A stretch of 64,000 nucleotides of DNA from Leptolyngbyaceae cyanobacterium (GTDB lineage: Bacteria > Cyanobacteriota > Cyanobacteriia > Phormidesmidales > Phormidesmidaceae): contig CBDHHL010000056.1 of assembly GCA_965263355.1 (NCBI GenBank), positions 1,408,001 to 1,472,000 on the forward strand, read 5' to 3'. The position numbers and the translations under genes were made by a program. Position 1 is the stretch's first letter. Each line of letters begins with the position of its first letter. Of this stretch, positions 49,442-60,591 are shown one piece after another. The notes beneath the pieces are model-generated. The model did not search any database. It had not been told where the DNA came from and saw only the letters and a program-made list of their open reading frames with translations.

Positions 49442-50650
49442 TCAGGTTACAGGTTTTTGCAAGCAGTGCCAACAGTCTTGGGCAATGGCCCAATCTTCTT
49501 GGGTATGAATGACGAGAATCCGCACTGTTGAGTCAATAGTGGCGATGTCCTGGTCAACGGGATTATTTTCATTTTTACTGTGATCCAGGGTCAGGCCCAA
49601 AAAGTCCATTGCGCCACAAACAGCGGCTCGGGTTGACGCATCATGTTCACCAATACCGGCGGTAAAAACAATCGCATCTACCCCCCCCAGACTCATGAGC
49701 ATAGACCCCACACAGGCGTTTAGTCGATGGAGATACATGTCATAGGCGAGTTTTGCCCGCGAGTTTCCAGTATCAATTGCCTGTTTAATTTGTCGCAGGT
49801 CGTGGGAGACTCCAGAAATCCCTTTAAGCCCAGATTCTTGATTGAGTAACTGGTCTAGCTGCTCAGCCCTAAGTCCTTGTCGACTCAGATAAATCAGGAT
49901 ACCCGGATCGACCGCACCTGAACGGGTGCCCATCATCAGGCCATCGAGGGGGGTAAATCCCATGGTGGTATCAATGCTCTGCCCATGATCAACCGCGCAA
50001 AGCGAGCCGCCATTGCCAAGATGACAGATCATTAGTCGTAAATCATTACGGCCTAAAATCTGAGCCGCTCGTTGGCTACAATACTGATGACTGATGCCGT
50101 GAAATCCATAGCGGCGGATACCCTGCTTTACCCAATCGTAGGGACCTGGATAAAGCGCGGCAGTGTCTGGTATTTGGCTGTGAAAAGCGGTGTCAAAGAC
50201 GGCTATCTGAGGAATGTTTTCCAACAGGGTTTCCATCAGTTCAATCCCGGCCAGGTTGACGGGATTGTGATTGGGGGCCAGTTGTTTTAAGCGGGCAATT
50301 TCTGCTTTGACGTCTGGTGTAATCAGGGTACTGGTTTGATAGGTTTGTCCGCCGTGAACTACCCGGTGTCCAACCACATCGATATCGGCAAGGGTGGCGA
50401 GCACTTGAGTCGCGCCTTGCCAGAGGGTATTCAGCACCTGGGAAAGAATTTCTGGCTGGGACGTAACATTTAGCGTCCACTCTAAAGCCTGCCCTGACTC
50501 CGTTTTAATCTCTACTATGGCCTGGTGTGGATACCAATCAATCTGGGCTTCCCAAACAGGCTTAGGGGCTGCGTCCGGCAAAGCCTGTCCCAGGGCATAT
50601 AAACAGAGTTTATGACTGCTAGAACCTGCGTTGAGAACGAGAATTTTCAT
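49442..50650 (-). CDS. ackA: Acetate kinase
   Basis: LNAGSSS, GHRVVHGG, FDTAFH, YGFHGISH, HLGNG, FTAGIGE. Confidence 0.97.
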   Translation of the reverse strand: MKILVLNAGSSSHKLCLYALGQALPDAAPKPVWEAQIDWYPHQAIVEIKTESGQALEWTLNVTSQPEILSQVLNTLWQGATQVLATLADIDVVGHRVVHGGQTYQTSTLITPDVKAEIARLKQLAPNHNPVNLAGIELMETLLENIPQIAVFDTAFHSQIPDTAALYPGPYDWVKQGIRRYGFHGISHQYCSQRAAQILGRNDLRLMICHLGNGGSLCAVDHGQSIDTTMGFTPLDGLMMGTRSGAVDPGILIYLSRQGLRAEQLDQLLNQESGLKGISGVSHDLRQIKQAIDTGNSRAKLAYDMYLHRLNACVGSMLMSLGGVDAIVFTAGIGEHDASTRAAVCGAMDFLGLTLDHSKNENNPVDQDIATIDSTVRILVIHTQEDWAIAQDCWHCLQKPVT

Positions 50651-50710
50651 AGGATTAACGGGAGTACACTTCGTCAGCCAACGGAAAATAAATCATTTTA
50701 CTTTTATAGA

Positions 50711-50902
50711 TTATGTTCCGGCGCGATCGCGCAGTGCTTGGGGCAAATGACTGCGATCTCCCAGACGTTGCAGCATGGGGCCATAGCGACCAAATTGAAT
50801 AACACTCAGGGAAGCCACGGGCATATCGATGCGATCGCGATAATCCCCTGTCTGACTGTGGGTGGTTTCGCCATGTCGGCGAAAATAAAGACTTAATGTC
50901 AT
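50711..50902 (-). pseudogene. Histidine phosphatase (PGM family) with a large in-frame internal deletion
   Basis: MTLSLYFRRHGET N-terminus joined to a C-terminus-like segment (ASLSVIQF...GDRSHL); only 63 aa. Confidence 0.7.
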
Positions 50903-50946
50903 CAATCACCTAACCTACATTAATGTCATCAATCACCTAACCTACA
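50893..50946. repeat. Perfect 27-bp tandem duplication
   Basis: ttaatgtcatcaatcacctaacctaca x2. Confidence 0.9.
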
Positions 50947-50971
50947 ATCTAAAGCCTAATTACAGAGCATC

Positions 50972-51014
50972 AAACAAAAGAACCATCTTCTTTAGGAAGT
51001 CAAGAAGATGGTTC
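50972..51014 (-). terminator. Terminator/stabilising hairpin after xfp
   Basis: gaaccatcttctt / aagaagatggttc with TTTTGTTT tail on the minus strand. Confidence 0.75.
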
Positions 51015-51027
51015 ATACATTATCTGA

Positions 51028-53448
51028 TTAGCACTTAGTTACATAGGGCCATTTCCAATGAACAATTTCCTCTTGATCCCTACCATGCTCATGGGCATAG
51101 GCAAGACACTCAATGATTTTGTTCTTCATGCGTTCTTTTACGTGTCCCGCTGCCGAGCCCAGTTTGGGGACTCGATTAATCACATCGATCACCAGGTTAA
51201 AGCGATCCACCTGGTTATTGATGGCTAGTTCCAGGGGAGTGTTGATATTGCCTTGTTCCTTGTACCCTCGCACATGGATACGTTCCTGATTAGAACGACG
51301 GTAGACCAGCTTATGAATTAGCCAGGGATAGCCATGAAAATTAAAGATAACGGGCTTATCTGGCGTAAACAGAGAATCAAAATCCCAGTCCGACAAACCG
51401 TGGGGGTGCTCGCCCTCAGACACTAGTTTGAATAAATCCACCACATTGACAAAACGTACCTTTAGCTCTGGAAACTCAGCTCGGAGGATTGCCGTAGCGG
51501 CCAGAGCTTCCATGGTGGGAATATCACCGCAGGCAGCCATCACTACGTCCGGCTCATCTGGATTAGTGCCACAGTCATCGTTGCTGGCCCAATCCCAGAT
51601 GCCAATACCCTTGGTACAATGGGCAATGGCCTCATCCATGGGCAGGTACTGCAGGTGCTTCTGTTTGTCTGAAATAATCACATTGATATAGTTGGTACTA
51701 CAGAAACAGTGGTCGGCCACCGATAACAAACAATTTGCATCTGGTGGGAAATAAACCCGTACTACATCAGGACTTTTATTGGTCACCAAATCGACATAAC
51801 CAGGGTCCTGGTGACTAAAGCCGTTGTGGTCCTGCCGCCACACCAGGGATGACAACAAAATGTTCAACGACGATACTGAGCGTCGCCAGGGCACCTGATT
51901 CCGACAAATATCAAGCCATTTGGCATGCTGGTTAAACATGGAGTCCACTACATGGGCAAATGCCTCATAGGTGTGGAAAAGACCATGGCGTCCGGTGAGT
52001 AGATACGCTTCTAGCCACCCCTGGAGCGTATGCTCACTAAGCATTTCCATCACCCGACCATCGCGAGATAGTTCGCTACCGCCTTCATCCTCTGGATAGA
52101 TATCTGCCATCCAGACCTTTTTAGTCACTTCATAGACATTCTGCAATCGGTTTGATGCGGTTTCATCGGGACCCATCAGACGGAAATTGTCGGGATTTTT
52201 CTGAATGATGTCTCGCATTAGAAAACCGAGTACCCGAGTGTTCTCAAACTCTTCGGTACCATGGTGGTCCATCTGGATGGCATAGTCGCGAAAATCAGGC
52301 ATTTTTAGAGCCTTGCGTAGCAAACCACCGTTAGCATGGGGGTTGGAACCCATACGGCGGTTACCGACCGGAGCTAATGCCTTTAATTCAGGAATTAACG
52401 CCCCTGTCTCATCAAACAACTCGTCTGGTTTGTAGCTACGCATCCACTCTTCTAGCCTACGTAGATGGTCGGGATTATCATGCATCCCGCCCATGGGCAC
52501 CTGGTGAGACCGCCAGAAGTCTTCTACCTTTTTGCCATCAACTTCGGCAGGTCCGGTCCAGCCCTTGGGTGTGCGCAGCACAATCATAGGCCAGCGGGGA
52601 CGCTCTATTTTGCCCGATATACGGGCTTCCCGCTGAATTGTCTTAATCTTTAAGACACAGTCTTCCATTACCGACGCCATCTTCTGGTGCATCTCGGCAG
52701 GATCTTTTCCTTCTACAAAGTAGGGAGTGTAGCCATAGCCTCGGAACAACGCCTCCAATTCCTCATGGGATATACGCGCCAAAATAGTTGGGTTAGCAAT
52801 CTTGTATCCATTCAGGTTCAGAATAGGCAAGACTGCCCCATCCCGTGCCGGGTTGATAAACTTGTTAGAATGCCAGGCGGTTGCCAGAGGACCCGTTTCT
52901 GCTTCACCATCCCCTACCACACAGGCAACAATCAGATCTGGATTATCAAGCACGGCCCCATAAGAATGGGAAACACTATAGCCCAGCTCTCCCCCTTCAT
53001 GGATTGATCCCGGTGTTTCTGGGGTAACATGACTGCCGATAAAACCAGGAAAAGAGAACTGTTTAAAGAATCTCTGCATCCCTTCGGTATCTTCACTTTT
53101 ATCGGGATAGATTTCTGCGTAGGTGCCTTCCAGATAAACAGGACCCAAAACACCCGGTGCACCATGGCCGGGACCAGCCACAAAAATCATGTCTAGGTCG
53201 TATTTTTTGATTAGGTGATTGCAGTGGATGTAGGTAAAGCTCAAGGCAGGTGAAGCCCCCCAGTGGCCCAGTAGTCGATGCTTTACATGTTCAGCCTGAA
53301 GGGGTTCCTTGAGGAGTGGATTGGCACGCAAATAGATCATCCCAACAGCGAGATAGTTGCATGCGCGCCAATAGGCATCAATCTTGCTAAGTTCGTCTTC
53401 AGTTAGGGTAGCTGGCTTGGAAATAGCTTGTTGGACAGCATGAATCAT
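51028..53448 (-). CDS. xfp: Phosphoketolase
   Basis: [38 protein letters not shown]. Confidence 0.97.
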   Translation of the reverse strand: MIHAVQQAISKPATLTEDELSKIDAYWRACNYLAVGMIYLRANPLLKEPLQAEHVKHRLLGHWGASPALSFTYIHCNHLIKKYDLDMIFVAGPGHGAPGVLGPVYLEGTYAEIYPDKSEDTEGMQRFFKQFSFPGFIGSHVTPETPGSIHEGGELGYSVSHSYGAVLDNPDLIVACVVGDGEAETGPLATAWHSNKFINPARDGAVLPILNLNGYKIANPTILARISHEELEALFRGYGYTPYFVEGKDPAEMHQKMASVMEDCVLKIKTIQREARISGKIERPRWPMIVLRTPKGWTGPAEVDGKKVEDFWRSHQVPMGGMHDNPDHLRRLEEWMRSYKPDELFDETGALIPELKALAPVGNRRMGSNPHANGGLLRKALKMPDFRDYAIQMDHHGTEEFENTRVLGFLMRDIIQKNPDNFRLMGPDETASNRLQNVYEVTKKVWMADIYPEDEGGSELSRDGRVMEMLSEHTLQGWLEAYLLTGRHGLFHTYEAFAHVVDSMFNQHAKWLDICRNQVPWRRSVSSLNILLSSLVWRQDHNGFSHQDPGYVDLVTNKSPDVVRVYFPPDANCLLSVADHCFCSTNYINVIISDKQKHLQYLPMDEAIAHCTKGIGIWDWASNDDCGTNPDEPDVVMAACGDIPTMEALAATAILRAEFPELKVRFVNVVDLFKLVSEGEHPHGLSDWDFDSLFTPDKPVIFNFHGYPWLIHKLVYRRSNQERIHVRGYKEQGNINTPLELAINNQVDRFNLVIDVINRVPKLGSAAGHVKERMKNKIIECLAYAHEHGRDQEEIVHWKWPYVTKC

Positions 53449-53502
53449 ACGTATGTTTCCTCAAACAATATGAACTGGTCATTTCTATAAATTTCGGTTT
53501 TA

Positions 53503-53644
53503 AGTAGGCAGGCTCAATCTTTTTTATAAAAATGTGGCAGACCTGTTTAAGGGTCTAGGGTCTGCCCGTCTAGCTAAGCTTAAAAGATCTGCAGTACAGG
53601 AAGACGGGACCTGGAGATTTGCTTGCTAATGGGAACTACCTACT
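53503..53644. mobile_element. 142-bp MITE-like element with AGTAGG termini and TA flanks
   Basis: TA-agtaggcagg...ctacctact-TA; same end motif as 41607-41769. Confidence 0.65.
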
Positions 53645-53691
53645 TAATATCCTCGCAGCTATGCTTGAAAAAACAAGATGCTTTCTGGGGC

Positions 53692-53745
53692 ATGCCTTAG
53701 AAACCCGTCGGAAAAAATTAGACTTACCCCAAGTAAAAAAATGCT
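53692..53745 (-). promoter_or_regulatory. Upstream motif shared with the oxidase operon (SigF-like)
   Basis: Minus strand AGCATTTTTTTAC-N4-GGTAAGT. Confidence 0.55.
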
Positions 53746-53850
53746 AATGCCCTTGCTAACGACCATTTTTGAAGAAAAAATGGATTTTTTATGCGAGGCT
53801 ATTGTGATTAGCATTAAAAACATTAGCCTGTCGTCTTTAGACTGAATGAT

Positions 53851-56628
53851 TTATAAATCCTGGTAAACATGGACCTCGCTCCCCCCATGATGAACTGTAA
53901 AACCGAGCTTTTTGCACAGATGTTGCATAGCGCGATTTTCAGGCAAAATCTCTGCAGAAATCTTTTGGAGCTTTTCAGCTCGACCGATGTCTAGCAGAGC
54001 GCGCAACAACACTGTGCCTAACCCTTGACCGTGGTAGCAGTCGCTGACCATCATGCCAAACTCAGCTTCATTACGACCGTGCAGCCGACTGAGACGGGCT
54101 ACCCCCAGGATCGAGCGCTGACCGGTCTCAGGTTCGTTATGTTCTGCCACCAGCGCCATTTCACGGTCGTAGTCAATAAAACAGATGCGGGTAAGGCGCT
54201 CATGGGAAATCCGGGTCTGGAGCTTAATTAAATGAAAATATCGAAAATAAATGCTCTCTTCTGAGAGCGTTTGGTGGAAGGCGACAATCAGCGGTTCATC
54301 TTCTGGTCGGATGGGGCGAATGGTCACTGCTACACCATTTGTCATGGTCCAGGGTGTAACATATTGCACAGGATAGGGGCGAATGGCGGGTTTCGGTAGG
54401 GATTGCTCCTCTGGACCATGGAGAACTACCCGCGCATCCAGGGCCAACAGCTGGTCAGAAGACACCAGCAGCGGATTGATATCGATCTCTTTAATTTCAG
54501 GATAGGTCACCACCAGCTGGCTAAATCTCACCAACAGCTGCTCCAGAGCATTAAGATCGACGCTGGGCTGTCCCCGTACTCCCTGGAGGGCCTTGTATAT
54601 CCGAGTTTTTTCCATCAGACGCCGGGCCAAGGTGGTGTTGAGAGGGGGGAGCCCCAGGGCGCGATCGCGATAGACCTCCACCAGCTGACCGCCACTGCCA
54701 AACAGCAGCACGGGGCCGAGTTGTTGATCAATACTACTGCCCACAATCAGCTCATAGCCCTTGAGGGACACCATCGGCTGCACCGTTACGCCCAAACAGT
54801 CTCCCGGCTGGCCAATGGCGGCAATGGCCTGATAGGCCGCTCTCACTGCAGCCTCGTCCGCTAGATTTAGCTTGACGCCCCCCACATCGGTTTTGTGAGT
54901 AATGGTGTGGGAATGCAGTTTGAGCACCACCGGATAGCCGATTTGCTCAGCCAGAGCCACCGCTTCATTGGCTGATTTAGCTAAATAAGTGGTAACGGTA
55001 GGAATACCATAGGCACTGAGCAACTGTTTAGATTCCCACTCACTCAATAACAACCGGTTGGCGGCCCTGGCCTCCGTCAACAACTTGGGAATTACCTGGG
55101 TATCTAAATCAGGAGTTGTTGTTAAGCTAGGTGTCTCGTAGAGCGCGTGCAGATTGTCGCTATACTGCGCCATCAGCGTAAATACGTGGGCCGCTGCATC
55201 GGGATAGGGCAAGGTAAAAATACTGCTCTGATTCAGCTGGTCCTCACCGACGGCCACCCTATCCATCCCCATCCAGCTGGCCAACAGGGGTTTGTTTTTC
55301 CAATGGTGGGCCCTTTTCTGCAGCTGGGCTGCAGTTTCCGTGGGTTGGGTCATGGCCTGGGGAGTGAGAATTACCAGCAGACCATCACTATTAGGATCCT
55401 GGGCCAATACATCCAGGGCTGCTCCATAACGTTCCGGTGTAGCATCCCCCAAAATATCGATGGGATTCTGACGGCTCCAGTGGGTGGGCAACAGCTGATC
55501 CAGAGCATCCACCGTTTCCGTACTCAAGCGTGCCAGTTCTCCGCCGCTACGGATCAGGGCATCGGTGGTCAGTACCCCTGGTCCCCCAGCATTGGTTAGA
55601 ATTGTCAACCGCTTGCCGCGAGGTCGGGGTTGTTTACCCAGAACTTCGGCTAAATTAAACAGCTCATCAATGGTGTTAACCCGCAGCACACCACAGCGAC
55701 GAAAGGCCGCATCCAATGCCTCGTCACTGCCGGCCATAGCCCCAGTGTGGGAAGCCGCCGCCTGGGCTGCCCGCTGGGTGCGCCCGGACTTAATTACAAT
55801 GATGGGCTTGCTCAGGGCAACTTCTCTCGCTGCCGAGAGAAACGATCGGGCATTACCGATGGTTTCCATGTAAATAACAATACTCTCGGTGGCCGGGTCA
55901 TCCCCCAGATAGTAAATTAAATCTCCCCAGTCAATGTCCACCATGGAGCCAATGGACACAAAAGCGCTAAAGCCCACATTCTCCCGCAGACTCCAGTCTA
56001 AAATTGAAGTGCAGAGCGCCCCACTCTGACTAATAAAGCCCACGCTGCCTGCCCGAGCCATAGTACTGGCAAAAGTGGCATTGAGGCCGCTGGTTGGGCA
56101 CATCAGCCCTAAACAATTGGGGCCCAGAATGCGCACATGATGACGTCGTGCGGCAGTCAAAACCTCCTTTTCTAAGGCCACCCCAGCTGCACCAATTTCC
56201 CTAAACCCAGCAGAGAGAATGATCACCCCTTTGACCCCGGCCTGTCCACATTGGTCAATCACCGCTGGCACCCCATTTGAAGGGATAGCGATAATGGCTA
56301 GATCGACCACCTCAGGGACTTCGCCAATGGTTGGATAAGCTTTGATCCCAAGCACATTGGAGCGGGTTGGATGGACTGGAAAAACAGTGCCACCAAACGA
56401 ACTGCTAATCAGATTCCATAGCAGGGTACGGCCAACACTACCGGGACGTTCGGTAGCACCAATTACAGCAACAGTTTGAGGGGCAAAAAAGGGAGAGAGG
56501 GGCTGATAATCGTAACGAAAAATGTCGTGGGCCGGATCGGGACAGCGCAGAGTTAGCGACTCTGCCCTCGATTTATCGGCGATGGTCTCGGTTCTACCAC
56601 TAGAGGTAGCTACATCAAATATTGTCAT
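53851..56628 (-). CDS. Acetate-CoA ligase (ADP-forming)-like / GNAT fusion (Pat type)
   Basis: CoA-binding domain, GPNCLG, SQSG, SHTG, ATP-grasp [14 protein letters not shown]-terminal GNAT. Confidence 0.93.
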   Translation of the reverse strand: MTIFDVATSSGRTETIADKSRAESLTLRCPDPAHDIFRYDYQPLSPFFAPQTVAVIGATERPGSVGRTLLWNLISSSFGGTVFPVHPTRSNVLGIKAYPTIGEVPEVVDLAIIAIPSNGVPAVIDQCGQAGVKGVIILSAGFREIGAAGVALEKEVLTAARRHHVRILGPNCLGLMCPTSGLNATFASTMARAGSVGFISQSGALCTSILDWSLRENVGFSAFVSIGSMVDIDWGDLIYYLGDDPATESIVIYMETIGNARSFLSAAREVALSKPIIVIKSGRTQRAAQAAASHTGAMAGSDEALDAAFRRCGVLRVNTIDELFNLAEVLGKQPRPRGKRLTILTNAGGPGVLTTDALIRSGGELARLSTETVDALDQLLPTHWSRQNPIDILGDATPERYGAALDVLAQDPNSDGLLVILTPQAMTQPTETAAQLQKRAHHWKNKPLLASWMGMDRVAVGEDQLNQSSIFTLPYPDAAAHVFTLMAQYSDNLHALYETPSLTTTPDLDTQVIPKLLTEARAANRLLLSEWESKQLLSAYGIPTVTTYLAKSANEAVALAEQIGYPVVLKLHSHTITHKTDVGGVKLNLADEAAVRAAYQAIAAIGQPGDCLGVTVQPMVSLKGYELIVGSSIDQQLGPVLLFGSGGQLVEVYRDRALGLPPLNTTLARRLMEKTRIYKALQGVRGQPSVDLNALEQLLVRFSQLVVTYPEIKEIDINPLLVSSDQLLALDARVVLHGPEEQSLPKPAIRPYPVQYVTPWTMTNGVAVTIRPIRPEDEPLIVAFHQTLSEESIYFRYFHLIKLQTRISHERLTRICFIDYDREMALVAEHNEPETGQRSILGVARLSRLHGRNEAEFGMMVSDCYHGQGLGTVLLRALLDIGRAEKLQKISAEILPENRAMQHLCKKLGFTVHHGGSEVHVYQDL

Positions 56629-56987
56629 AAAACAATGCCTCCAACATCTCCTACTATGTCTAGAGTGACTTACCTAGCGGATTAACTGCTTATAACTGCG
56701 AGGCATACTAATAGAGCTTTTAGAGCGTCAGTGCTCTATTTACCCACGGATCCAGATATGGTCATTACGGTAAAGGGATTATATTTTTACTAGCTTTTAT
56801 TCGCTAATCCTTAAAAGGAGGATACCCTCAGGTCACTTCACTTCAGAGTGTATCTCGTTTCTTTTTAGTTGTTTGCATCAATCTAACCAATGAATTCTTA
56901 TTTTTTTATTTGAATGTGATGCGCGACACCAAAAACCCTCAAGACTGGTAACAACGACAACATTATGACAGGCTTGCTATGTCCAAA

Positions 56988-57063
56988 CTTCAGAGTTTTG
57001 AAACATTATTGTTGTTTATATACACAGGCTTTAGGGTTTTGAAACATTGCTGTTGTTTATGTA
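56988..57063. repeat. Two imperfect ~35-bp direct repeats (41-bp period) upstream of pflB
   Basis: gttttgaaacattattgttgtttat vs gttttgaaacattgctgttgtttat. Confidence 0.8.
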
Positions 57064-57448
57064 AGATTGTTGCAATAAATCAGAATGCTTATTAAAAGAT
57101 AACGCTACTGTAAACTGTAACGAAAATGTCTGCCACTCTGAAACTTTTTGCTATATTGAACAAGTAAGCAAGATTACTCACTAAATAGTTTTTGGGGCAT
57201 TGTTCATCAGGTTTTAATGCACTCTTCAGTATCAATGCGTAAATACTCTTCAGAGTATATCTGTTAGGTTCTATGTAGTAACAGGCGTCTTAGAGGATCA
57301 TCAATCCTCCGTAGAATTCCCCAAAAATACTACGAAATTCTAAGGCTTGTTAGATAGAAATCTCTTCATTAGTTTGGATCTTGCTTGCTAAGAACCTGAA
57401 CATATCAAAACAGCCAGTGCAGTACGTTTGCTGGGAGATTAATAAGTC

Positions 57449-59734
57449 ATGAGTATTGCCAATACCACAGTTCACCAAAAAAGTCAGACAGGGGTTTCAG
57501 TCAAGCCTGTTCAACCGTGGCGTCAGTTTACACCAGGAACCTGGATGACTGAAGTCAACGTTCGAGACTTTATTCAAAAGAACTATTCCCCCTATGAAGG
57601 AGATGGGGCGTTTTTAGTGTCGATTAGCGATCGCACCCAGCAGCTCTGGGATAACGTCACCGATTTAATGCGCTTAGAGCGGGAGCGGGGCATTTTAGAC
57701 GCCGACAATCAGCTACCCACGGGAATTACGGCCCACGCACCGGGATACATTGATCAGCGCCTGGAGCAAATTGTCGGTCTACAAACCGACAAGCCCTTAA
57801 AACGAGCCATTATGCCCCTGGGCGGTATTCGGGTGGTAAAAAAATCCCTGGAAGCCTACGGTTACGAGATTGATCCCCAGACACTGGAGATTTTTACCAA
57901 GCATCGTAAAACCCACAATGACGGCGTATTTGATGCCTACACTGCAGAAATGAAACGGGCGCGCCATGCGGGCATTATCACCGGGTTACCCGATGCCTAC
58001 GGACGGGGCCGCATCATTGGCGACTATCGTCGGGTCGCGCTGTATGGTTGCGATCGCTTAATTCTAGATAAACAACAGCAGCTGCAATCTTTGGAATTAG
58101 ACGTTCTGGATGAAACAGTGATTCGTCAGCGTGAAGAGATTGCTGAACAAATCCGAGCCTTGCAAGAACTGAGACAGATGGCCACTGCCTACGGCTGTGA
58201 TATTGCCAGACCCGCCTCCACCGGTCAGGAGGCGGTGCAGTGGACCTATTTTGGTTATTTAGGCGCGATTAAAGAACAAAATGGCGCTGCCATGTCCCTG
58301 GGACGAGTGTCAACGTTTTTAGATATTTATATCCAGCGGGATCTGGCCAATGGCGACCTGACCGAAGTCGAGGCCCAGGAGCTGATCGACCAGTTTGTAA
58401 TGAAACTGCGCATGGTGCGATTTCTCCGGGCTCCTGCCTACAATCAGCTGTTCTCAGGCGATCCCGTATGGGTGACTGAGTCCATTGGTGGCATGGGTCT
58501 AGACGGTCGTCCCCTGGTAACCAAAACCAGCTTCCGCTGTTTGCAAACCCTCTACAATTTAGGGCCAGCCCCAGAACCCAATCTCACCGTGCTGTGGTCA
58601 GAACAGTTGCCCCGAGGGTTTAAACAGTTCTGTGCCAGAGTGTCTAAAGACACTAGCTCAATCCAGTATGAAAACGATGACCTGATGCGGGCTGACTATG
58701 GCGATGATTATGGCATTGCCTGCTGTGTATCGGCCATGCCCATTGGCAAACAAATGCAGTTTTTTGGAGCCCGCGTGAACCTGGCTAAAGCGCTACTCTA
58801 TGCCATCAATGGGGGTAAGGATGAAAAGTCAGGAGAACAGGTGGCTCCTGCCTATGCACCGGTTGCGGGAGACTGGCTGAACTACGATGAGGTAATGCCC
58901 AAATTTGATATCCTGATGGCCTGGTTAGCCAAGCTGTATGTGAATACGCTCAATGTGATTCACTACATGCATGACAAATATTGCTATGAGCGGATAGAAA
59001 TGGCTCTCCATGACCGAGATGTCTATCGCACCATGGCCTGTGGCATTGCCGGACTGTCAGTGGTGGCGGATTCTCTCTCGGCCATTAAGTACGGCCAGGT
59101 AAAAGTCGTTCGCAATGATGCTGGACTAGCGGTTGATTATAAGGTCTATGGCGACTATCCTGCCTTTGGCAACAATGATGAGCGGGTGGATGCAATCACG
59201 TCGGATCTTGTCCGTCGATTTATGAATCACATTCGTCAGCATAAGACCTATCGCAACGCCGTACCCACCCAGTCAATTCTCACCATCACGTCCAATGTGG
59301 TCTATGGCAAAAAGACTGGCAGCACTCCCGACGGGCGTAAGGCGGGTGAGCCCTTTGCGCCTGGAGCTAATCCCATGCACGGTCGCGATACCAAAGGTGC
59401 GATCGCAGCCTGTGAATCCGTGGCCCATCTCCCCTACCAACACGCCCAGGATGGTATCTCCTACACCTTCTCTATTGTGCCTGATGCCCTGGGTAAAACC
59501 GATGTGGATCAGGTCAACAATCTAGTCGGTTTGTTAGACGGCTACTTTCACAACACAGGACAACACATCAATGTGAATGTGCTCAACCGTGACACATTGT
59601 TAGATGCCATGGAACATCCTGAAAAATATCCCCAGCTAACAATTCGGGTTTCGGGCTACGCAGTGAACTTTATTAAACTCACCCGTGAGCAACAGATGGA
59701 TGTGATCAATCGGACCTTCCATAGTCGGTTCTGA
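57449..59734 (+). CDS. pflB: Pyruvate formate-lyase
   Basis: [17 protein letters not shown], glycyl-radical loop IRVSGYAV. Confidence 0.98.
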   Translation: MSIANTTVHQKSQTGVSVKPVQPWRQFTPGTWMTEVNVRDFIQKNYSPYEGDGAFLVSISDRTQQLWDNVTDLMRLERERGILDADNQLPTGITAHAPGYIDQRLEQIVGLQTDKPLKRAIMPLGGIRVVKKSLEAYGYEIDPQTLEIFTKHRKTHNDGVFDAYTAEMKRARHAGIITGLPDAYGRGRIIGDYRRVALYGCDRLILDKQQQLQSLELDVLDETVIRQREEIAEQIRALQELRQMATAYGCDIARPASTGQEAVQWTYFGYLGAIKEQNGAAMSLGRVSTFLDIYIQRDLANGDLTEVEAQELIDQFVMKLRMVRFLRAPAYNQLFSGDPVWVTESIGGMGLDGRPLVTKTSFRCLQTLYNLGPAPEPNLTVLWSEQLPRGFKQFCARVSKDTSSIQYENDDLMRADYGDDYGIACCVSAMPIGKQMQFFGARVNLAKALLYAINGGKDEKSGEQVAPAYAPVAGDWLNYDEVMPKFDILMAWLAKLYVNTLNVIHYMHDKYCYERIEMALHDRDVYRTMACGIAGLSVVADSLSAIKYGQVKVVRNDAGLAVDYKVYGDYPAFGNNDERVDAITSDLVRRFMNHIRQHKTYRNAVPTQSILTITSNVVYGKKTGSTPDGRKAGEPFAPGANPMHGRDTKGAIAACESVAHLPYQHAQDGISYTFSIVPDALGKTDVDQVNNLVGLLDGYFHNTGQHINVNVLNRDTLLDAMEHPEKYPQLTIRVSGYAVNFIKLTREQQMDVINRTFHSRF

Positions 59735-59751
59735 TAGTTGTCTCCACAGAC

Positions 59752-59777
59752 GGGGCAGGCACGAGGCCTGCCCCTAC
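59752..59777. repeat. GTAG-type REP hairpin between pflB and pflA
   Basis: ggggcaggc-acgag-gcctgcccc-tac. Confidence 0.7.
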
Positions 59778-59812
59778 CTTTCAATTTCTCCTAGCCAGAG
59801 GATTGTTCTCTT

Positions 59813-60577
59813 ATGTTAATTCCTCGTTTAGCCTCGCCTTTGCCCACTGCTGTCACAGGTCGTCTTCACTCAATTGAAACCTGCGGCACCGTTGATGGCC
59901 CCGGTATTCGCTATGTCGTGTTTACCCAGGGATGTCCGCTGCGATGTTTGTATTGCCACAATCCTGACTGTCGCACCGTGGAAGGAGGACGCGAAGTGAC
60001 CGTGGCTGAGATTATGACCGATATTCTGCGCTACCGGACTTATTTGGAGGCATCTGGCGGTGGCGTGACGGTTACCGGAGGCGAACCCTTGATGCAGCCT
60101 GAGTTTGTTGCAGAATTGTTGCGCTGCTGCCAGAATGAAGGCCTGCACACAGCGCTGGACACCTCAGGATTCTCTGACCTGGCAGCAGCCCGACAAGTAT
60201 TACCCTATACCGATCTTGTTTTACTCGACATTAAGTCCTTTGATCGAGACCTTTTTCAACGGGTCACCCATGTTTCTCAAGCCCCCACCCTGCGGCTGGC
60301 CAACTACCTTAAAGAGATTCAAAAACCCGCCTGGATTCGGTTTGTTTTAGTCCCCGGACTCACCGATCCCGAAAACAATGTAGAAGGATTGGCAGAGTTT
60401 GTTGCCACATTGACTAATGTTGAATGGGTGGAAGTTTTACCATTTCATCAAATGGGGGCCTACAAGTGGAAAGCCTTGGGCTATGACTATCAGCTAAAAG
60501 AAACAATTCCCCCCAGTCAAGACCAAATTGAGCACGTGAAAACGCTATTTCAACAGCATGGATTAAACGTTCGCTAA
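59813..60577 (+). CDS. pflA: Pyruvate formate-lyase activating enzyme
   Basis: VDGPG.R, CPLRCLYCHNPD, GGEP. Confidence 0.97.
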   Translation: MLIPRLASPLPTAVTGRLHSIETCGTVDGPGIRYVVFTQGCPLRCLYCHNPDCRTVEGGREVTVAEIMTDILRYRTYLEASGGGVTVTGGEPLMQPEFVAELLRCCQNEGLHTALDTSGFSDLAAARQVLPYTDLVLLDIKSFDRDLFQRVTHVSQAPTLRLANYLKEIQKPAWIRFVLVPGLTDPENNVEGLAEFVATLTNVEWVEVLPFHQMGAYKWKALGYDYQLKETIPPSQDQIEHVKTLFQQHGLNVR

Positions 60578-60591
60578 AGGATTGTTGAATT

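Noticed and set aside
56988..57063. GTTTTGAAAC repeats as a CRISPR remnant
   Set aside because: Two units separated by about 6 bp, too short for a spacer
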